A stretch of DNA of 64,000 bases from Nemertoderma westbladi. Lineage: Eukaryota > Animalia > Xenacoelomorpha. Below the pieces are notes generated by a model. That model saw only the letters and a list, made by a program, of their open reading frames with translations. It had not been told where the DNA came from and ran no database searches. Position numbers and translations under genes: made by a program. Location: the NCBI GenBank assembly GCA_032718475.1, contig JAUCBJ010001221.1, positions 1 to 64,000 of the forward strand, given 5' to 3'. Of this stretch, positions 1 through 11,600 are shown one piece after another; positions within the stretch are counted from its first letter, which is position 1, and each line of letters begins with the position of its first letter.

Positions 1-407
1 TATAAAATTTATAGAAATAATATCAATTAATTAGAATAATAAAAAATACATAACATTTTCATCATAAAATAATATTTAAATTTTAGAGAAATTTCCTACA
101 TAATATGTTTAGTATTATCTCTGAGTGTTTCAAGGTTTACAAAATCTATTGCGTTTCTTTCTTGTCTAAATAAAATTGCTGTCGTAATTTGGAATTTTTT
201 CTGTAGGTTTGTAATCTCACATAATTTTATTGAATCCTCAATAACACAAATCGACGAATTAAAATAATTATTAAATTAGTGAGTGAAAAATAAATAGTAT
301 TCATAAATACAATGTGATAGAGTTGAGGGGATGCTATTGCCTTACAACTACATAAATGTGTTTCGGCACACAATATTTATTAAACTAGAATGTAACATTA
401 TCCTTAG

Positions 408-577
408 GCTATGGAATACCGCTGGATACCAAACGATCTATGACTGATAACTTGCTTGTCTTCCGGCCAACGGATGTTGCCGATACTTGTCAAAAAGAAT
501 CGGATTTGTGCGGCCTGTACCACGGTAGATGTTGTCCTCAGTTTACATGTAATTTAGTCTGTAGGAGGGATCTCTAA
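408..577 (+). CDS. Last coding exon of a small secreted cysteine-knot (ICK/knottin-like) peptide, paralog A
   Basis: After the acceptor tccttag (407), phase 1 reads (x)YGIPLDTKRSMTDNLLVFRPTDVADTCQKESDLCGLYHGRCCPQFTCNLVCRRDL*. Cys spacing is C-x6-C-x6-CC-x4-C-x3-C, matching the paralog at 29529-29698. A candidate hydrophobic signal exon (ISYIICLVLSL, about 88-124, a|gt phase 1) has no in-frame ATG inside the window. Confidence 0.75.
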
Positions 578-3414
578 TTTTCGCGATTATTTTTAACTAA
601 GTCATGACATGGTGGTGGGCCTCTCAAAGATATGTTATATAATGGCGGGAATATCATAATCTATAGTAATTCTATTAATATTTTGATAAACGTTTATGGT
701 TAGATATAATATATTCAAAATGACTAAAAAAAATAGTTTTCCTAATACTACCACAACATTATGAAAATAAAGGAGAAAACTAATGTATTAAAGAGGGAAC
801 ATGACCCACAGAGTACAAATGGTGAAAATAATTATTTATTACTTGGGAAAAAGTAGAACCCTTTTCACTGTTCTTGAGGTAATAATATATAATATTTAAT
901 AATGACCGCCGGCGAGATTAATAAGGGTCGCGAGAACATTGAAAATAAGTTATACGTTTATTTCCCACGTAATACGTAATTTTATTCTTAAATTTGAACA
1001 TTTTTGTTGCTTCTTCAACTTTTATTGCCGAAGGTGGGCCACTACGTGAAGGACTCCAAAATAGCACGACAGTCCATCCCAACCCCAACGAATCCGCTAC
1101 ATGCTGTGACGTTCATGTCCATGGACGTCGTGGATATGTATCCATCTATCGTCCCGATATAGCCGCAAAAAGCAATTGAAGCTGCTATAGACGACGAACA
1201 AACTATGGAGGAACAAATGAGTTTCTCCAAACTGAAGTTTGTTGAACTACTTGCTCAAGCATACCTATTTAACATACTATAGACATTTCTACCTTTTGAA
1301 GAAAGGTGTCAGAATTGGTGGCCCAGCCGGAAAGGCAAACGCAGTCCTCATGGTAAACCGCATATGTATGTATATACACGTATCACTAATCACTTTAATG
1401 AACGCAGTCTATTTTAAAACTTCCATGGATGACAGAGAGGCTATCTTCCAGAGGGTGCTGAGTACCAAGGAGTTGAGAGCTGCTTGGGAATTCAACAGTG
1501 CCCATAAGAATTATTTATTAAAATCGATAAAATGACTGAGCAGCTACAACACTTTTGGCGATTAACTGGAGGGGGTTGCAGGTTAAGTACAGGGTTATAA
1601 AATGTTCTACAAATACTGGGGGGGGGGGGGGGGGGGGGGGGGTCATATTGCTCTAAAATCTACAAATTGTAACGAAAACGTCTGATTTTTTGATTTTTTA
1701 TTTGTACGTAAATTTAACTAGTCTGAATCCGACCTAAAAAAAAAAATTCAGGGTAATGCGCTTAACTTTTTAGGGCATTAATCTCCTACCGAGGTATTCG
1801 ATCAAATGACAAAGGTCAAAGGGAGCAAGCCCCTTTATACTAAAAAATCCTGATAAAATCATCATTACCAAGAAAACTGTCAGTCAACACATAATTCCAG
1901 CCAGGATTGGCCGAAAACAAAGGCAATGTCGACTGTGAATGGCAAACACTAATCAACATCATCTTCAAGTTCATCTTCAAATGACTGACTGACAGATGAT
2001 AGCTGCCTATTGAATATTTAATTTCCAGTACCGGTCCGGTATTGTAAGGAGAACCTAAACATAACGATTCCTATGTGATCTTGAAAAGGTACTATGCCGT
2101 GTATTGGCGTACCCCTGCTTATTATATAAAATTATAAAAAACATTTAAAACATAAACACCCAGAAGAAAACTACAACTAGACAAATATAACTAGAAAAAT
2201 ACAACTGGTAGATCCCAATGAAAAATGTTAGACTTCTTCACATTGCCACATGAGGCATTAGTTACACAGGCTTCACTCGAACACTATTGATCTCGAAAGC
2301 TGATGATTTGCAACCCGAACACGGTGCACATTCACAAGGCGTCACCACTTCTAATGCTGAGTTAGCTTCTATACTTGCAGCTGAAAATGAAAACTTGTAA
2401 ACAATAGTAGAAAAACTAGATTCTATGAAACTGAAACTTTGGTATTATCTTCCATAAATGATATTAGTCCACAAGTAGTGCATACATTGACAAAAAAAGT
2501 TAGTTAATGTTAAAAAACTTTTGGCAGTTAGATGGAGAGTTGGATTATGAAAATCTCGCTCCCATCCAAGTTGCTCAAACATTAATGTCCAATTGTACTT
2601 CTATACAACATTTGGAAGGGTGTCAGGACAATTCGTACTGTACAGTACAATTCGTACACGGAAAATTTGTACCCGGATAATTTGTACCCAAAATTTTATT
2701 TGACAGGTATGAATTGTCCAGGTACTAATTGTCCGGATACTGACGAGTGAAAGTACACTATATTGATTTTTTATACTTGCTAGTTTTTTCTCCTTTTTTT
2801 CTAAATATTATAGAACATAGTGTTAGTTATCAATTTTTATAAATATTTTTGTTCCATAACACTTTTTTATATTATCTAGTTTTTCGACTTTTTATTTCTA
2901 ACAAACGAACATTTTTTGGAAAAAAATATATATTTTATGTTCAGAAAATGTTTCTTGCCATAGTATTCTACAAAATTTGATGAATATAACTATTTACATA
3001 CTTGTGTGTAAAGTAGCACTTTACTGTGTGATGATCCGACTGCTTTGTTACCAAGGCGTACTATATACAAGGCCATGCCATCAAGTCAACTGGGGGCGGT
3101 GACTGGGGGCAATATTTTCTTAAGCTTTATACCGGCGATTTCGTTACATTATTACAATTTATGCATAAAATACGCTTTGGTATGACTGTTTTAGTAATTG
3201 TAAGTAATGTATCTTATGTTAGTTTTCAATTATGAGATAATTTTACCATTCGGAATGTCATATTACTGAATTAGTGAAATTGCAATGGCATAGGCTTACA
3301 GCTGTACAGTATGCTGTAAACTGGTGCTGTGGTATGTCATTAGAAAATTTATGAATAACTACTGAACTACCATCTGACCATACATTACACTACCCTAATT
3401 CCAGAATTCTGTAA

Positions 3415-3817
3415 GGGGCCGTCCAAGTATGACGTCAGCACTTTAGGGGGGGGGAGGGGGGTTGGGAAAATCTGATGACGTCCTGATGAGGGGAGGGGAG
3501 GGGGTCAGCCAAAATCTGACGTCAGCATGTTCATTTATACAGTCTGACAGTAGGTGCTAGAAGAGATATAATAGAAGAGTAAATAGCTTTCCTATTTTAA
3601 TTGTTCGAAGCCCCCGAAGGCCCGTAGCACGACCTTCTGTTTCAGTTGCCAGTCACCATGTTTCAGTGATTAGGACGCGAAATTTTTTTTTAATCTGATT
3701 TAGGAGAGGGGGGGGGGGGGGGGGGGGTGTCAACGCTTATCTGATGACATCTGATTTAGGGGAGGGATGGGGTCAAAATTTTGGGGAAAAGTGCAGACGT
3801 CATACTTGGACGACCCC
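3415..3817. mobile_element. PIF/Harbinger-type MITE
   Basis: About 30-bp TIRs (ggggccgtccaagtatgacgtcagcacttt / aaagtgcagacgtcatacttggacgacccc, 2 mismatches), a TAA direct repeat on both sides (3412-3414, 3818-3820), and no coding capacity. Confidence 0.85.
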
Positions 3818-3858
3818 TAATACAGTAATAACGCGTTTATCAATTTGTATTATTTAAA

Positions 3859-4473
3859 ATGGGGAAAAACTGTGCTATATCAAAATGCCAAGGAAACTAT
3901 TACGAGAGTACTCGGTGTTCCATATTCCATCTACCACCGGTATCCGATCCCCAGTAACCACTATGGATCTCCGCATTAAAATCTCAGGAAGCGGAATTCA
4001 CACCAACTTCAGATACTGTTATTTGTATCAACCATTGGCCGGATGACGTCGAGATGATAACTGTCCAGGGTAAACCTCGACCCACTGTACCACCATCAGT
4101 TTGGCCATTCCCCGTGAGTGTCGTCCCAACTCCGGAACCGCCGCCTTGACCAACCAGCCGATCGAGTGCTGAGGAGAGGCGATCTATCACTATAGATCCC
4201 TTTATTGCCTTTTCAGTTCAGGATGCTCTTGGTTCAGTGGAGGAACTCAAAGAGGCAGCACAAAAATTGTCGGATGTTGTTCGTTATTCGTCATCCAGTG
4301 ATCCACTTCAACCGCTTAATATACAATCCTCGATCACGAATCATGGACTTCATTTGTTTGTAATTTCAGTTTATCCTGATTTTGCCTTTAAAACCTACGC
4401 AAATGGAGTTGAGGTTAGAATTCTCAGTTTATCTAAGAATAGAGTTTTTAAACTCAACAAAAAACATCAATGA
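3859..4473 (+). pseudogene. THAP zinc-finger N-terminus of a P-element-like transposase (in-frame stops)
   Basis: Reads MGKNCAISKCQGNY..SIFHLP..*PLWISAL..TVICINHWP..PTVPPSVW, which is the THAP C2CH signature with conserved P/W and an AVPTIF-like box. It is in frame with ORF 4237-4473. Confidence 0.75.
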
Positions 4474-5566
4474 CACCCTTATTGGGCTGCTCAGGGAGAA
4501 TCACGGAACTGACAGTCAAACACGCAAGAGGGGCAAGAAGATGCCTCGAGTGGTTGCAGGCAGCACCCTTACACGGAAGCCTTGACTAAAGAGCCACCAG
4601 TGAAGAAGAACAAGAAGTCAAGTAGAACATCAACTGCTGTGGTTCTCATAGACACGTTAGCTGCCTCCTCATCAACGTCTGTGACGTCTGCCTTGACATC
4701 AACTTCTGTGACGTCTGCCTCGACATCAACGTCTATCTCAACATCAACACCTGTGACAACCTCTGATGCGACATCTATGGTTGTGGACACTGCTGCAGCT
4801 TTAACAACAACTGCAAGGCCATCTAGAAAGGCACCAGTATCCTCAGAGATTGTGGAGGTCGACATGAATTTATGTGCATCATGTCTTCAGATTGATAATG
4901 ATGATGAAGATGATGTGGTGGAGTGGATAGAATGTGAATACTGTCTCCGCTGGTATCACAAAGCCTGTGTTGAGGAGTTTGGAGATGAATTTTGTCTCTA
5001 CTGCTTTTAAGTTTTAACATTCACTTATTAGGCCCTAGGTTATTTGTAAATCTTGTCATTTTCTTGGCCTATCTGTCAGTCTGTTCTGTCTGTCTCCAGT
5101 TCTTTTGTCTGCTTCTTAATAGTAGTTAATTGTTTTTAAATATCTCTATTGTTTTCATCTGTTTTAGATCAAATCCATTACGTTATTTCTGTATTTTATT
5201 AGTGTCTCATTGATAATTTTATAGTCTTATAATTGGTTTTCATTATTGTCATTTTCTTGGCTTGTGGTCATCCATTTTTTTAAAACCCACATTTTTGTCC
5301 GAAGTCTACCTCTGTGCTAACTTTCTTTGTACTTATAAATTAGTTAAAGCGTTTCCGAAGTCACCCGACATATATAGGGTGAGTTCGGACAAAATTTGGT
5401 TAAAAAAATGACACAAGAGTATTTTTTTCGCATTTTTTTTGGTCTGGATATATGGCCAAGATGTGCAATGTTACGTTCAGCCAAAAAAATTCGTAAACCA
5501 GGTCGAGTGGTTCTACCGACGCGCCGAAGACCTCTAAAAACGTCCGAACTCACCCTGGTTGATGGT
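4474..5566 (+). mobile_element. 3' part of a probable pogo-like DNA transposon with C-terminal PHD finger, inserted into the P-like transposase
   Basis: ORF 4582-5010 ends in CASC..WIECEYCLRWYHKAC..FCLYC (PHD). Subterminal motifs agggtgagttcggac (5376) and gtccgaactcaccct (5542) are inverted. The segment ends in ..ggTA, and P-transposase sequence resumes after it. Confidence 0.5.
4582..5010 (+). CDS. Ser/Thr-rich ORF fragment with C-terminal PHD finger (TE-derived)
   Basis: C4HC3 PHD pattern at the C-terminus; no ATG start and a low-complexity linker. Confidence 0.6.
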   Translation: MTKEPPVKKNKKSSRTSTAVVLIDTLAASSSTSVTSALTSTSVTSASTSTSISTSTPVTTSDATSMVVDTAAALTTTARPSRKAPVSSEIVEVDMNLCASCLQIDNDDEDDVVEWIECEYCLRWYHKACVEEFGDEFCLYCF

Positions 5567-5569
5567 ACG

Positions 5570-7040
5570 ACACTGGCACATAAAGAGGAGATCACAATGC
5601 GAAACATGGAGCTCTTGGGATGTCGTCAATTTTGAGAGCGCAAGTATTCAAACGATGACATTATCAGAGCCTTTTGATGTTATGCGATAGGTCGGCACGC
5701 ATATACAAGACTCCGTGATGATGTTCCAATTCCGAGTGTCCGTACAATGCAGCGATTAACATCGAAAGTCTCAAATCTAGATGATGAGGCCTTTATTTCC
5801 TTGCCATGGAACCCAAACATCGCTATAGTATGGTTTTAACCAATGAGATAAAAGTTAAGCCAGCCCTACGTTATCATGGTGGTCATATCTTTGGACGAAC
5901 TGCAAACTATCCGGATAATTAGCTAAGTCGATGTTAGCCATAATGGTGAAATGTCTTGGTGGTGGGGAGTCGTTTATTGTCTGGATGATTCCTGTAATTC
6001 GACTAAATGGTGAGTTTCAGTACCAACAACTCGTCTCAATAATAACTTACATATGACATAGCAGTGGGATGGTTGTTGGAGTTGTTGCTGATAATAACTC
6101 TGTTAACGGGAAGTGTTATACCTTGCTGAAAACCAACGACTCATTCTGTACCGTAAACACACTTTATGACTACGTACATTTATGGAAGTGTATACATAAT
6201 AATATAATCACGGATAAGATGAAGCAGATTGAGTTCAAACCAAACAATACGACATAGCAGTGGGATGGTTGTTGGAGTTGTTGCTGATAATAACTCTGTT
6301 AATGGGAGGTGTTATTCCTTGCTGAAAACCAACGACTCATTCAGTACCGTAAACACACTTTATGACTACGTACATTTATGGAAGTGTATACGTAATAATA
6401 TAATCATGGATAAGATGAAGCAGATTGAGTTCAAACCAAACAGAGTCGCTGATTGGCATATTATCGAAGCGCTTTGTAAAGCGGAACAAGGTCATCCAAT
6501 CAAAATGGCCTTCTTGTTTCTTTCTTTGAGGATTTCTTGTCTCACTCAGGGAAGTGAAGACTTCTGAACATATTATTTCACTACTGACATTAGAGGAAGA
6601 TAGATTATCCTATCATCCAAATTTTCCAAGCGGAATGCGGCACCCATTCCTAGTATAGAGATAATAATATTGCTAAGCTAAGCTTTCTAAGGAACGTATG
6701 GAGGCAATTCAGTATATTGCAGGATTCATTATTTGTTACCTGGATCATAAGAAAGGTTTAAAACTCTGTGAGGAATTGTGAGTATTGTAAAAATATCATA
6801 TGTATTTTGTGAGGAATTGTGAGTATTGTAAAAATATCAGATGTATTTATGTAATTGATAAATACATCACATTGTATTGGTCATTTCGAGGCTATTCATC
6901 GGGGTGGAATAAAGAAACCATCTACTGAGTTTTTATAAAATTTTACAGCGTTGTGTTTTGCAAGATTGGAAGTAATAGATCCAATAATAAAAGATTGTGC
7001 TGTCCCTCCATTCGTGCAGCTGCAATGTGCTTCTTAGATA
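5570..7040 (+). pseudogene. P-element/THAP9-like transposase core remnant
   Basis: Motifs AYTRLR..PSVRTMQRL, EIKVKPALRYHGG, VVADNNSVN, YDYVHLWKCIRNN (D-x2-H-L-x-K-x2-RN), YIAGF and RGGIKKPS, with many stops and frameshifts. Confidence 0.8.
6055..6442 (+). repeat. About 196-bp tandem duplication inside the P-like transposase
   Basis: gacatagcagtggg... starts at 6055 and 6251. ORFs 6069 and 6229 carry near-identical peptides. Confidence 0.9.
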
Positions 7041-7460
7041 TATATGGCATGCACTATTATAAACATGTACTTAAATAATGATCAGCTTACTAGTGTATTG
7101 TATGGCTGCATACGGTAACGCTACATACAGTAGGGCTACAAGCATACGGTGTAAGCAAAGTGCAGCCCAATTTAAACAATGACAGAGACAAAATAATATG
7201 TGATAATTTTAGATTGCGCTGAATGAGTATAATCATAGTAATGTGCTATAATAATAATTAATAACAAAATAATTAATTAACATAATAACAAATAATCAAC
7301 AAGCGAATGGGACAGGGGTTGTTTATCGCAATTCGGTAGTACAGACATACTTCAATTATTAAATAATACAAACAATGGTAAATGTCGTTCAAGTACATTA
7401 GATTGCGTTCATGTCATGTCAATCTGGTAATATAATTTATCTGAGTAATATAATATAATT

Positions 7461-7550
7461 CCTTATCAACAATCTTATCTTATCAACAAGCTTATCTTGT
7501 CAACAATCTTATCTTATCAACAAGCTTATCTTGTCAACAATCTTATCAAA
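7461..7550. repeat. Short tandem repeat (cttatc[a/g]acaa-type units)
   Basis: Repeated cttatcaacaa / cttatcttgtcaacaa units. Confidence 0.7.
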
Positions 7551-8611
7551 AATGTTGATAATGAGTAATATAATAGAAACCAATCAAGGGTTGGCACAAA
7601 TATCATCTAAATTGATAGTACCTGAATCATACAAATCAAGACATTGTCTGTTAAGTACTAGCTACAGTAGTATCTCGTGTTCAAGTTCTGAGTTCCTTTT
7701 CCACAAATAGAGATTTCATTTGGCTCTTTCTAACTTGGGTTTCAGAGACTAAACTGGTGTTTCTCATTCGACGACTTGTGGATTACAATGTCTTTGCCGC
7801 TGCAGCTGCTGCAGTTTTTCTAAGAAAAGCTCGTGTCTCCGAATTATCAACAACTAATGTACCATCGGTAGGGACCTCTGTAATAATAAATGATTTTAGG
7901 CTCATTCGAAAGGGTAAACTGTCGAAAGGGTTTCGGCAGTTTATCTGAGCAGATTTTAATAAAAATAATTAATTTAATTAAAATTAGCTAATTAAAAATT
8001 GAGTCAGTCATGCTGAATCCAAAAAAGTTGATTTCAAGAAATTTGGACCGAGATTGAGGGACTAGTAATGTTTTAGTTAAATTATTAATTACGCCACCAT
8101 CCACTAGGGAAGGCCAAAAATTTTCAAATTTACATTTCGAGACTATTTGGCCTTCCAGATATTGGCTGGTGACAATAAAATTGTTATATTAAACTATATC
8201 ATCGAGAGTAATGGCCATTTCCAAAAATATTGGTTAGGGGGTAACCAGATTCCACTCCACCAATACCAAGAAAGTTTGGATCATTTCCTACTTGCTGCAT
8301 CCTGTGAAGCTCCAGACTGTCTAAAACAAATTCTGGAGATCCTCCTAAAAATAACAACCTTTAACAAATGCATTTGGGTGTTTACATGAGAACAATGCTG
8401 TGTATTGTTCTCATGTAAACACACAAATGCGTTTGTACTTTATTTTTGAGTTGAAGATACCATATATAAATCGACATGCCCCTTAGAATGGAGGACGAGT
8501 ATTGTGTTGAAGAGGGGGGGGGGGGGGGGGGGGGGGGATCTCAGAGTCGATCCCGTCACAGTCAAAACTTCCAACAATAAACTGTGATCACAACCAACAA
8601 GAGGCCCAAAG

Positions 8612-11600
8612 ATGAGCGAACAGATGCCCCAGATTGCAGAGGGAGAAGGAACACCGCTGCGGACCCCGGACGACATCAACCAAATGATCCGAGAGGCCGC
8701 GACGAGACAATACCGGCCCACCACCCCGGACTCGCCAGCGAGGGACAATCCGGATACCCAAGCGGAGGGCGGCTGACAACGAGGAGGGAAAGATGACGAG
8801 GAGTCGACGCAAGGTGACGACGGTGGTCGGAGTACCGAAGTCGCCGGCCAACCACATGCCGAGGGCGACGAATGGCCCACCGGAACGGCAACGGTGGGGC
8901 CGACGGTACGACACCGGACAAGGAGGGAAGGTAGAGTCAACGAGGAGGACGTCGGGACGAGTGATCGCCTGCGACAGGCATACAACGCCACGAAGAAGAT
9001 ACTAAAGGACGCTAAGGAAGGGAGAAAGGTAGACCAGCCTAAACTATATCAGAGGCTAGGTGAGTCTAATAAACACTTTCGTTATTTAGTCCATTTTGGA
9101 CAGGGAGAACTGGCGAGTGAGAGGGCGAGGTGGGTCGCCACATAACTATTTGAATTGTGGCGATCCGAGGTGATGGAGGCGGACATAGTGTATGTAGGAC
9201 CTTACTTAGTGGATGCCAGGGGAATTCAATTAGTGGGATGGGCGTACCCATACGACAGCGAATCCGAGGTTAACCCCGAAGATTTGGTGTCGTTGGTTAG
9301 TAGGAACCCCAGCAAACGGGGGAAAATTAGTAGGACAGAGAGGCGATGGGAGTCCGTTGCGACCGATAAGTCCGCTACATCCTCCGTGAAAGCAAGACGG
9401 GTGTTGGAGATAGATCTGGAGTGTCAATTAGACATTGTTGCGCTAGATCAAAAGGAACTGGAAAGGCAGTTGGATGAGGGAACTGCATCGTAGGGAGAGA
9501 GAATTAGCGAGAGAGTGTAAAGAGAGGGCCGAGAGGGTGACGAGAAACTATAGGGAGTGGGAGGAGAGATATGAATGAACGAAAGAGCTCGAGGAGCGGG
9601 AGGCGAGAGTGGAAAACGAGCGCAAGGTGCGGGAGGCTGAGAGAATTGAAAGAGAAGTGAATGAGCGCAAAGAGCGAGAAGCGAGAGAGGCAGCGAGGGT
9701 AGAGTGGGAAACGAAAGAGCGTAGAGAGCGGGAGGCGAGGGAGACAGAATTAGCCAACCAGAGTATGAGGGAGGATAGAGAGAGAGAGAGGGCGGGCAAA
9801 TGCTTGCGGGATGATATGCATACCCGGCTGAGGGGGTTAATGCAATATCATGCGAAACAAAAGCGCCAGTTTGAACTGGCAAAAATGGATTTATCGGAGA
9901 GCGAGGCTGGTTCGGGTAGTATTTACGAGGAACCAGAGGTGATGGAAACCTTTGTTAATACCCCACTTACAGCTACTGGACGACAGACCCAAGACTGGTG
10001 TGACCATATGGGCGGGGGGGGGGGGGGGGGGGTAATAATAATACGTTCAAGGGAGTTAATATTAATAGTACCGTAATGTAATAGATAACCCTAATCAAAC
10101 CTTTCTTGCAGGAAATAATATTTTACCCGGTAATAATAATCCTAATGTTGGTGTGCAAAATAATTTAAATGATAATATAAATAATACCGAACAAAATTAT
10201 TTAAATAATTTAAAAAATAATTTAGGTAATAATAATATAATAAATAACCCCGAAGAAATTAATCAAAGCAATATCATTAACAACGGTGTAACAAACCAGG
10301 GCGAAATTATTAACGGTGCAATTAATACAAACGTAGGGGGAATAAGCGAGCCAGCCAATGGGAGCCTGCGAGGCCACGCAGTTGCGCAGGGAGGAGCGGG
10401 GGTGAATAAACCCAGCAATGAGAGCCTGCAAGGCCACGCAGTTGTGCAGGGAGGAGCGGGGGTGAATAAACCCAGGGAGGGTAGAGATAACGCGTCGACT
10501 AGAGGGGAGTGTAGGGGCGAAGTAAGAGGTGATGGACGGACGGGGAGGGGGGGGGGGGGCTACGGGCACCCCACCGCAACCGAGTTAGTGGCGAGAGGGG
10601 GCGACGGAGAACGTCCCACTGCAACCAGTAAGTCGACGGGTGGGGGGGGGCGCAGCGAGTCACCCCACCGCAGCTAGTAAGTGCACCCAGACGGCGGGCG
10701 AGGGGGGTGGGCAGAGAATGTCCCACAAGCGTCGACGGGTAACGTGCCCGGTAAGTTGAGTGAACCGTGGCACTCGACGGTGGGTGGGGGGGGGGGGGGG
10801 GGCAGAGAATGTCCCACAAGCATCCGCGGACAATGCGCATGGCGAGTTAAGTGAGCCGTGGCACCCGACGACAGATAATAGTAGGGGGACTGCAAATATC
10901 CCCACGGCCATCCAACCGGGCAGAGGGAGAGACGTTGGCGCCATGAGTGGGCGAGCGAGAAAACATCGAGCCCAGTCGGAAGACAGAAGAAGAACAGTAG
11001 AGTTTATCCGGGAGGTCGAAGCGAGATCTCATGAGGAGGAACACTGCACTGGAATTGGACAAGGTGAGGATAATCGAGGGAGCGTTGCTACAGGCAACTG
11101 GAGGGGAAGGACGGACAGTGAACCGTCAGTAATCGAGATGGAGATGGAGAGCAAGTGGGGTCGTACTCCGGGAGATTGCCGTTGCCCCGGAGAAACACAA
11201 CCTGGTGAGATATACCACACACTGGGAGAGGGTTACAGAATGTACCGGTACGAGGATGAAGACAGATGAGGGGATAGAAGAGAAACTTCCCGTCGGAACG
11301 TAGTTGCCGATCGAGAATATGGTAGTCGCGGGGAGGACTTCTTGGAATACTGAAGAAGATTAAACTTTGGTCCGGAAGGATGCAGGCAGACTGCAGGACA
11401 TACTGTAGGCCGTACTGCACATACTAATAAAATATATACAAAATAAATATATAAAATAAATACAAAAATAAGACAGTCACTACCATACGCGGCAACACAG
11501 GGGACTTGTAGTCCACAGACAGCTGGGAGTATGGCCTGAACAATTCGCCGAACAAATTTTGTACCTTCCTGCATGATGTTGCATTTGTGCAACGGTCAGT

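Noticed and set aside
994-1535. Short ORFs as possible host exons
   Set aside because: No consistent splice model or domain could be built.
8440-11592. Many overlapping ORFs on both strands
   Set aside because: Shadow frames of the GC-rich BEL/Pao gag region and its poly-G runs.
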